Of a DNA stretch of 47,750 nt, positions 39,598-47,750 are shown piece after piece. Origin of the DNA: Tubiluchus corallicola. Its lineage: Eukaryota; Animalia; Priapulida. The stretch spans positions 1 to 47,750 of the forward strand of contig JAQGDQ010001315.1 in assembly GCA_030141605.1 (NCBI GenBank), in the 5' to 3' direction. Within the stretch, counting starts at the first letter, position 1, and each line of letters starts with the position of its first letter. The translations under genes were made by a program, and so were the position numbers. Under the pieces are notes generated by a model. It was not told the DNA's origin. It was given only the letters and a program-made list of their open reading frames with translations, and ran no database searches.

Positions 39598-40181
39598 CTT
39601 GTGATTGTTTATTAGACTTGTGAAGCAAAAATTGCCAAAAATAGAACATCTAATTAACATTTACAGTCTGTGCGTTAGGTAAGTGCTGAAAGTTTGGCGG
39701 CTACAGATTTTTATAGCTCGCCAGGGATTAAAGACGAGTGAATTGTTACATTGCGGACGTTAGAGTACACGTCTTAATTGTTCTTGTTACGCGGAAGTTA
39801 GAGTATTTTTTTTTGAAATTTTGACCGAAATTGAACGATATTATTTGATTGAATATTAACCACTAAACGGTTAAAACTGAGTTTTATTTGACATATGCAA
39901 TGTGTATATTATTGTTATGAAGGAAACAAAAATAAAAAATATTGTGTTTGAATTAATGTTTAAAATTAAATTTTAATAATTAGGAGACAGTTGAATTTGC
40001 AAAATCAGAATTTTTGTTCGGATAAATTTTGTGGCCCTGAAAAGGACCGGTTGGTTATTTTATGCAGATCTCTATGCAGAAGTGGTGTATTTCCTGTTGG
40101 TTATTTTATGCAGATCTCTATGCAGAAGTGGTGTATTTCGTCGTGGTGCTCTCACTGACAGCGTACTGGTGTTTGGATTCC

Positions 40182-40394
40182 TCATTGTGAGTTATAGAAA
40201 TTGTAAATTATACAATTGTTCCCTCTGGTTGGGCGCCGTCTTTGTGGAAAGTATGGCCGTTGTCTGTATTGTCTGTTTCTGCGATTTATTTTTTGCTGTT
40301 GTTGTAATTGTTGCCGTTGCTGTTGCTGTATGTGTAAAATTCGTTCAAGTTGTGTTTGCACGTGTGCCATGAATTGTCCAAGAATTTGTTGTTG
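40182..40394 (-). pseudogene. Diverged paralog B1 of the polyQ gene, probably a pseudogene
   Basis: QQQILGQFMAHVQTQLERILHIQQ...YRQRPY...GNNCIIYNFYNSQ*. Two in-frame TAA codons lie upstream and no signal exon was found. Confidence 0.6.
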
Positions 40395-41133
40395 GTGTTA
40401 TTGTTGTTAATTATTATCATTTTTCGCAGTTACTATTTTCTTGTTTTTCGCGCCAAATCAAAGCCGTACTGCATTTTGGCTATATATAACTTGTGTATGA
40501 GTTCTCAGCTTACAGTATATAGAGGCAAATAATGGCCAATACGTTCAAAACGATATTATTTGATTGAATATTAACCACTAAACGGTTAAAACTAAGTTTT
40601 ATTTGACATATGCAATGTGTATATTATTGTTATGAAGGAAAGAAAAATAAAAAATATTGTTTGAATTTTAAATTTTAATAATTAGGGGAGAGTTGTTCAA
40701 TGGCACGACACTAGATCGAGACCTTTCGTTTGATGTATAGATCGCCGCAAATGGTGCCCTCGTCGGGGCTGTAGCCTCGAATCTTATATATAAATATATA
40801 TATTAAGATACCAGCGAAATTAATATAAGAGATATTAATATTGAAAAGTCAGAAGAATTCTGTTTTAATTTTGTTTTTTAAATTTAATTTAAATTAATTT
40901 AATAAATTGCAAATCAGAATTTTCTTTCGGATAAATTTTGTGGCCCTGAAAAGGGCCGGTTGGTTATATTTAAGGGCATGTAGCCCCGTTCTTCCTCTTT
41001 CTGATGAGCCATATATCTCCTTCCGAGAGTCCCACCAGGCACCGCTAGAAGGTTTTTTCCGCAGGCTGTTTGGTCAAAATTTCGAAAAAATGTTCGGAAG
41101 CAGAAGTGGTTCCATCATATCATCATGATATCA

Positions 41134-41737
41134 TCAGTTGAAGAAATTGTACACGCAGTTGGATCCGCGTCGTCTGTTGTTGTATGGGCGTTGTCTATAT
41201 CGTCGTCTGTTTTGTCTGGGATGTATATTTTGCTGTTGTGGTAATTGTTGCTGTTGTTGTAATAGTTGTTGCTGTTGTTGTAATTGTTGTTGTTGCTGTT
41301 GTTGTATGCGTGAAATGCGTTCAAGTTGTGTTTGCATATGTGCCATGAATTGTCCAAGAATTTGTTGTTGGTGTTGTTGTTGTTGATGTTGTTCCTGTTC
41401 CTGTCCTTGTTCGTGTCCTTGTTGCTGTTCAATTGGATTCAACTGCAATTTTTCCATTTTCTGTAACATAGACACATTTTTGTTAAAAAAACAAAGATTT
41501 TTCAAACAATATGGAAAAATTATTCTTCATTTCATTTTATGCATAACATAACATGTATGAAACCAAACATGTTATTCAGAAAACTTTAGACTTAAATAGT
41601 TTTAGATATTTTGATAATAAATGCTAATGTAAATTAATATAAGAGAAATTTATTACCTTCGAAATACTGTTTTTTCCTCCGAAGACAAGACAAAGATAAA
41701 GAATGCCAAAAAATAATAATGTCAATGTGAAACGCAT
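41134..41737 (-). CDS. Putative secreted polyQ/Arg-rich protein, copy A2 (135 aa; exons 41737-41657 and 41460-41134)
   Basis: Exon 1 MRFTLTLLFFGILYLCLVFGGKNSISK is signal-peptide-like. AAG|gtaata donor, 196-nt intron, tatgttacag acceptor, phase-0 join to KMEKLQLNPIEQQQ...NRRRGSNCVYNFFN*. Confidence 0.72.
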
Positions 41738-41821
41738 CTTGTGATTGTTTATTAGACTTGTGAAGCAAAAATTGCCAAAAATAGAACATCTAATTAACAT
41801 CTACAGTCTGTGCGTTAGGTA

Positions 41822-41855
41822 AGTGCTGAAAGTTTGGCGGCTACAGATTTTTATA
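41822..41855 (-). promoter_or_regulatory. TATA box plus Inr-like element upstream of gene A (TATA also at 39708-39715, 43987-43994, 46126-46133)
   Basis: Minus strand TATAAAAATCTGTAGCCGCCAAACTTTCAGCAC. The TATA begins 28 nt before the A of TCAGC (41827). Confidence 0.55.
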
Positions 41856-42321
41856 GCTCGCCAGGGATTAAAGACGAGTGAATTGTTACATTGCGGACGT
41901 TAGAGTACACGTCTTAATTGTTCTTGTTACGCGGAAGTTAGAGTATTTTTTTTTGAAATTTTGACCGAAATTGAACGATATTATTTGATTGAATATTAAC
42001 CACTAAACGGTTAAAACTGAGTTTTATTTGACATATGCAATGTGTATATTATTGTTATGAAGGAAACAAAAATAAAAAATATTGTGTTTGAATTAATGTT
42101 TAAAATTAAATTTTAATAATTAGGAGACAGTTGAATTTGCAAAATCAGAATTTTTGTTCGGATAAATTTTGTGGCCCTGAAAAGGACCGGTTGGTTATTT
42201 TATGCAGATCTCTATGCAGAAGTGGTGTATTTCCTGTTGGTTATTTTATGCAGATCTCTATGCAGAAGTGGTGTATTTCGTCGTGGTGCTCTCACTGACA
42301 GCGTACTGGTGTTTGGATTCC

Positions 42322-42534
42322 TCATTGTGAGTTATAGAAATTGTAAATTATACAATTGTTCCCTCTGGTTGGGCGCCGTCTTTGTGGAAAGTATGGCCGT
42401 TGTCTGTATTGTCTGTTTCTGCGATTTATTTTTTGCTGTTGTTGTAATTGTTGCCGTTGCTGTTGCTGTATGTGTAAAATTCGTTCAAGTTGTGTTTGCA
42501 CGTGTGCCATGAATTGTCCAAGAATTTGTTGTTG
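42322..42534 (-). pseudogene. Paralog B2
   Basis: Same as B1. Confidence 0.6.
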
Positions 42535-43273
42535 GTGTTATTGTTGTTAATTATTATCATTTTTCGCAGTTACTATTTTCTTGTTTTTCGCACCAAATCA
42601 AAGCCGTACTGCATTTTGGCTATATATAACTTGTGTATGAGTTCTCAGCTTACAGTATATAGAGGCAAATAATGGCCAATACGTTCAAAACGATATTATT
42701 TGATTGAATATTAACCACTAAACGGTTAAAACTAAGTTTTATTTGACATATGCAATGTGTATATTATTGTTATGAAGGAAAGAAAAATAAAAAATATTGT
42801 TTGAATTTTAAATTTTAATAATTAGGGGAGAGTTGTTCAATGGCACGACACTAGATCGAGACCTTTCGTTTGATGTATAGATCGCCGCAAATGGTGCCCT
42901 CGTCGGGGCTGTAGCCTCGAATCTTATATATAAATATATATATTAAGATACCAGCGAAATTAATATAAGAGATATTAATATTGAAAAGTCAGAAGAATTC
43001 TGTTTTAATTTTGTTTTTTAAATTTAATTTAAATTAATTTAATAAATTGCAAATCAGAATTTTCTTTCGGATAAATTTTGTGGCCCTGAAAAGGGCCGGT
43101 TGGTTATATTTAAGGGCATGTAGCCCCGTTCTTCCTCTTTCTGATGAGCCATATATCTCCTTCCGAGAGTCCCACCAGGCACCGCTAGAAGGTTTTTTCC
43201 GCAGGCTGTTTGGTCAAAATTTCGAAAAAATGTTCGGAAGCAGAAGTGGTTCCATCATATCATCATGATATCA

Positions 43274-43876
43274 TCAGTTGAAGAAATTGTACACGCAGTT
43301 GGATCCGCGTCGTCTGTTGTTGTATGGGCGTTGTCTATATCGTCGTCTGTTTTGTCTGGGATGTATATTTTGCTGTTGTGGTAATTGTTGCTGTTGTTGT
43401 AATAGTTGTTGCTGTTGTTGTAATTGTTGTTGTTGCTGTTGTTGTATGCGTGAAATGCGTTCAAGTTGTGTTTGCATATGTGCCATGAATTGTCCAAGAA
43501 TTTGTTGTTGGTGTTGTTGTTGTTGATGTTGTTCCTGTTCCTGTCCTTGTTCGTGTCCTTGTTGCTGTTCAATTGGATTCAACTGCAATTTTTCCATTTT
43601 CTGTAACATAGACACATTTTTGTTAAAAAAATAAAGATTTTTCAAACAATATGGAAAATTATTCTTCATTTCATTTTATGCATAACATAACATGTATGAA
43701 ACCAAACATGTTATTCAGAAAACTTTAGACTTAAATAGTTTTAGATATTTTGATAATAAATGCTAATGTAAATTAATATAAGAGAAATTTATTACCTTCG
43801 AAATACTGTTTTTTCCTCCGAAGACAAGACAAAGATAAAGAATGCCAAAAAATAATAATGTCAATGTGAAACGCAT
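43274..43876 (-). CDS. Putative secreted polyQ/Arg-rich protein, copy A3 (135 aa; exons 43876-43796 and 43600-43274)
   Basis: Same exons, splice sites and open frame as A2. Confidence 0.72.
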
Positions 43877-44454
43877 CTTGTGATTGTTTATTATACTTGT
43901 GAAGCAAAAATTGCCAAAAATAGAACATCTAATTAACATCTACAGTCTGTGCGTTAGGTAAGTGCTGAAAGTTTGGCGGCTACAGATTTTTATAGCTCGC
44001 CAGGGATTAAAGACGAGTGAATTGTTACATTGCGGACGTTAGCGTCTTAATTGTTCTTGTTACGCGGAAGTTAGAGTATTTTCTTTTGAAATTTTGACCG
44101 AAATTGAACGATATTATTTGATTGAATATTAACCACTAAACGGTTAAAACTGAGTTTTATTTGACATATGCAATGTGTATATTATTGTTATGAAGGAAAC
44201 AAAAATAAAAAATATTGTGTTTGAATTAATGTTTAAAATTAAATTTTAATAATTAGGAGACAGTTGAATTTGCAAAATCAGAATTTTCTTTCGGATAAAT
44301 TTTGTGGCCCTGAAAAGGGCCGGTTGGTTATTTTATGCAGATCTCTATGCAGAAGTGGTGTATTTCCGGTTGGTTATTTTATGCAGATCTCTATGCAGAA
44401 GTGGTGTATTTCGTCGTGGTGCTCTCACTGACAGCGTACTGGTGTTTGGATTCC

Positions 44455-44667
44455 TCATTGTGAGTTATAGAAATTGTAAATTATACAATTGTTCCCTCTG
44501 GTTGGGCGCCGTCTTTGTGGAAAGTATGGCCGTTGTCTGTATTGTCTGTTTCTGCGATTTATTTTTTGCTGTTGTTGTAATTGTTGCCGTTGCTGTTGCT
44601 GTATGTGTAAAATTCGTTCAAGTTGTGTTTGCACGTGTGCCATGAATTGTCCAAGAATTTGTTGTTG
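44455..44667 (-). pseudogene. Paralog B3
   Basis: Same as B1. Confidence 0.6.
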
Positions 44668-45400
44668 GTGTTATTGTTGTTAATTATTATCATTTTTCGC
44701 AGTTACTATTTTCTTGTTTTTCGCACCAAATCAAAGCCGTACTGCATTTTGGCTATATATAACTTGTGTATGAGTTCTCAGCTTACAGTATATAGAGGCA
44801 AATAATGGCCAATACGTTCAAAACGATATTATTTGATTGAATATTAACCACTAAACGGTTAAAGTTTTATTTGACATATGCAATGTGTATATTATTGTTA
44901 TGAAGGAAAGAAAAATAAAAAATATTGTTTGAATTTTAAATTTTAATAATTAGGGAGAGTTGTTCAATGGCACGACACTAGATCGAGACCTTTCGTTTGA
45001 TGTATAGATCGCCGCAAATGGTGCCCTCGTCGGGGCTGTAGCCTCGAATCTTATATATAAATATATATATTAAGATACCAGCGAAATTAATATAAGAGAT
45101 ATTAATATTGAAAAGTCAGAAGAATTCTGTTTTAATTTTGTTTTTTAAATTTAATTTAATTTAATTTAATAAATTGCAAATCAGAATTTTCTTTCGGATA
45201 AATTTTGTGGCCCTGAAAAGGGCCGGTTGGTTATATTTAAGGGCATGTAGCCCCGTTCTTCCTCTTTCTGATGAGCCATATATCTCCTTCCGAGAGTCCC
45301 ACCAGGCACCGCTAGAAGGTTTTTTCCGCAGGCTGTTTGGTCAAAATTTCGAAAAAATGTTCGGAAGCAGAAGTGGTTCCATCATATCATCATGATATCA

Positions 45401-46015
45401 TCAGTTGAAGAAATTGTACACGCAGTTGGATCCGCGTCGTCTGTTGTTGTATGGGCGTTGTATATATCGTCGTCTGTTTTGTCTGGGATGTATATTTTGC
45501 TGTTGTGGTAATTGTTGCTGTTGTTGTAATAGTTGTTGCTGTTGTTGTAATTGTTGTTGTTGCTGTTGTTGTATGCGTGAAATGCGTTCAAGTTGTGTTT
45601 GCATATGTGCCATGAATTGTCCAAGAATTTGTTGTTGGTGTTGTTGTTGTTGATGTTGTTCCTGTTCCTGTCCTTGTTCCTGTCCTTGTTCGTGTCCTTG
45701 TTGCTGTTCAATTGGATTCAACTGCAATTTTTCCATTTTCTGTAACATAGACACATTTTTGTTAAAAAAATAAAGATTTTTCAAACAATATGGAAAATTA
45801 TTCTTCATTTCATTTTATGCATAACATAACATGTATGAAACCAAACATGTTATTCAGAAAACTTTAGACTTAAATAGTTTTAGATATTTTGATAATAAAT
45901 GCTAATGTAAATTAATATAAGAGAAATTTATTACCTTCGAAATACTGTTTTTTCCTCCGAAGACAAGACAAAGATAAAGAATGCCAAAAAATAATAATGT
46001 CAATGTGAAACGCAT
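45401..46015 (-). CDS. Putative secreted polyQ/Arg-rich protein, copy A4 (139 aa; exons 46015-45935 and 45739-45401)
   Basis: Same structure, with an in-frame 12-nt insertion (extra GQEQ) and an R>I change (RYIQRPY). Confidence 0.72.
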
Positions 46016-46553
46016 CTTGTGATTGTTTATTATACTTGTGAAGCAAAAATTGCCAAAAATAGAACATCTAATTAACATCTACAGTCTGTGCGTTAGGTAA
46101 GTGCTGAAAGTTTGGCGGCTACAGATTTTTATAGCTCGCCAGGGATTAAAGACGAGTGAATTGTTACATTGCGGACGTTAGAGTACACGTCTTAATTGTT
46201 CTTGTTACGCGGAAGTTAGAGTATTTTCTTTTGAAATTTTGACCGAAATTGAACGATATTATTTGATTGAATATTAACCACTAAACGGTTAAAACTGAGT
46301 TTTATTTGACATATGCAATGTGTATATTATTGTTATGAAGGAAACAAAAATAAAAAATATTGTGTTTGAATTAATGTTTAAAATTAAATTTTAATAATTA
46401 GGAGACAGTTGAATTTGCAAAATCAGAATTTTCTTTCGGATAAATTTTGTGGCCCTGAAAAGGGCCGGTTGGTTATTTTATGCAGATCTCTATGCAGAAG
46501 TGGTGTATTTCGTCGTGGTGCTCTCACTGACAGCGTACTGGTGTTTGGATTCC

Positions 46554-46765
46554 TCATTGTGAGTTATAGAAATTGTAAATTATACAATTGTTCCCTCTGG
46601 TTGGGCGCCGTCTTTGTGGAAAGTATGGCCGTTGTCTGTATTGTCTGTTTCTGCGATTTATATTTTGCTGTTGTTGTAATTGTTGCCGTTGCTGTTGCTG
46701 TATGTGTAAATTCGTTCAAGTTGTGTTTGCACGTGTGCCATGAATTGTCCAAGAATTTGTTGTTG
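46554..46765 (-). pseudogene. Paralog B4 with an additional 1-nt frameshift
   Basis: gtgtaaattcg here versus gtgtaaaattcg in B1-B3 (near 46708). Confidence 0.6.
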
Positions 46766-47497
46766 GTGTGTTGTTAATTATTATCATTTTTCGCAGTTAC
46801 TATTTTCTTGTTTTTCACCAAATCAAAGCCGTACTGCATTTTGGCTATATATAACTTTTGTATGAGTTCTCAGCTTACAGTATATAGAGGCAAATAATGG
46901 CCAATACGTTCAAAACGATATTATTTGATTGAATATTAACCACTAAACGGTTAAAACTAAGTTTTATTTGACATATGCAATGTGTATATTATTGTTATGA
47001 AGGAAAGAAAAATAAAAAATATTGTTTGAATTTTAAATTTTAATAATTAGGGGAGAGTTGTTCAATGGCACGACACTAGATCGAGACCTTTCGTCTGATG
47101 TATAGATCGCTGCAAATGGTTCCCTCGTCGGAGCTGTAGCCTCGAATCTTATATATAAATAATATATATTAAGATACCAGCGAAATTAATATAAAGATAT
47201 TAATATTGAAAAGTCAGAAGAATTCTGTTTTAATTTTGTTTTTTAAATTTAATTTAAATTAATTTAATAATTGCAAATCAGAATTTTCTTTCGGATAAAT
47301 TTTGTGGCCCTGAAAAGGGCCGGTTGGTTATATTTAAGGGCATGTAGCCCCGTTCTTCCTCTTTCTGATGAGCCATATATCTCCTTCCGAGAGTCCCACC
47401 AGGCACCGCTAGAAGGTTTTTTCCGCAGGCTGTTTGGTCAAAATTTCGAAAAAATGTTCGGAAGCAGAAGTGGTTCCATCATATCATCATGATATCA

Positions 47498-47750
47498 TCA
47501 GTTGAAGAAATTGTACACGCAGTTGGATCCGCGTCGTCTGTTGTTGTATGGGCGTTGTATATATCGTCGTCTGTTTTGTCTGGGATGTATATTTTGCTGT
47601 TGTGGTAATTGTTGCTGTTGTTGTAATAGTTGTTGCTGTTGTTGTAATTGTTGTTGTTGCTGTTGTTGTATGCGTGAAATGCGTTCAAGTTGTGTTTGCA
47701 TATGTGCCATGAATTGTCCAAGAATTTGTTGTTGGTGTTGTTGTTGTTGA
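47498..47750 (-). CDS. Copy A5, 3' part of exon 2 (cut by the window edge)
   Basis: ...ILGQFMAHMQTQLERISRIQQ...GSNCVYNFFN*, matching A4. Confidence 0.65.
   Translation of the reverse strand, partial: QQQQHQQQILGQFMAHMQTQLERISRIQQQQQQQLQQQQQLLQQQQQLPQQQNIHPRQNRRRYIQRPYNNRRRGSNCVYNFFN

Larger units (their letters stand above)
36793..47750 (+). mobile_element. Possible non-autonomous Helitron-like head-to-tail concatemer
   Basis: Each unit begins TCTTATATATA and ends in a GC-rich near-palindrome CGGGGCTGTAGCCTCG. Shared termini enclose different cargo. No CTRR end and no RepHel ORF are seen. Confidence 0.45.
38591..47750. repeat. Tandem array of ~2.1-kb type-II units (starts 38591, 40782, 42922, 45049, 47147; lengths 2191, 2140, 2127, 2098); runs off the window
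   Basis: Near-identical units delimited by GCTGTAGCCTCGAA|TCTTATATAT. Each is an A+B dimer of related subunits. Confidence 0.97.

Noticed and set aside
41138-41386. Cys-rich, metallothionein-like plus-strand ORFs (also 43278, 45405, 47502, 40216)
   Set aside because: They are the antisense reading of CAA/CAG codons. Silent-site divergence supports the minus-strand Gln frame.
41115-41432. Asn-rich alternative frame in the A subunits
   Set aside because: It has no ATG (TTG start just after a TGA), is not joined by the splice, and A/B differences are mostly non-synonymous in this frame. It does stay open in A1, so it is not fully excluded.

Overview
AT-rich, intron- and transposon-rich animal (probably invertebrate) genomic DNA. 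Left part: the first three coding exons of a Nischarin (NISCH) PX-domain gene on the minus strand, then two genes each with a single coding exon for tandem C2H2 zinc fingers (10 and 16 fingers). Middle: a decayed DUF3987/YfjI-like P-loop ATPase gene and many LINE relics (CR1/L2-type, RTE), MITEs (hAT, piggyBac-like, unclassified) and microsatellites. Right 12.5 kb: a head-to-tail array of related, possibly Helitron-like units. Two units carry (CACCA)n microsatellite. At least four and a partial fifth ~2.1-kb unit each carry a two-exon gene that the ORF track misses: TATA box and Inr, a signal-peptide exon, a GT-AG intron, and a polyQ, Arg-rich exon ending GSNCVYNFFN. Each full unit also holds a decayed paralog whose differences in the conserved motifs are mostly synonymous. 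This amplified secreted polyQ gene family is the best candidate for an undescribed system. All family assignments come from motif recognition by eye; no database search was run.
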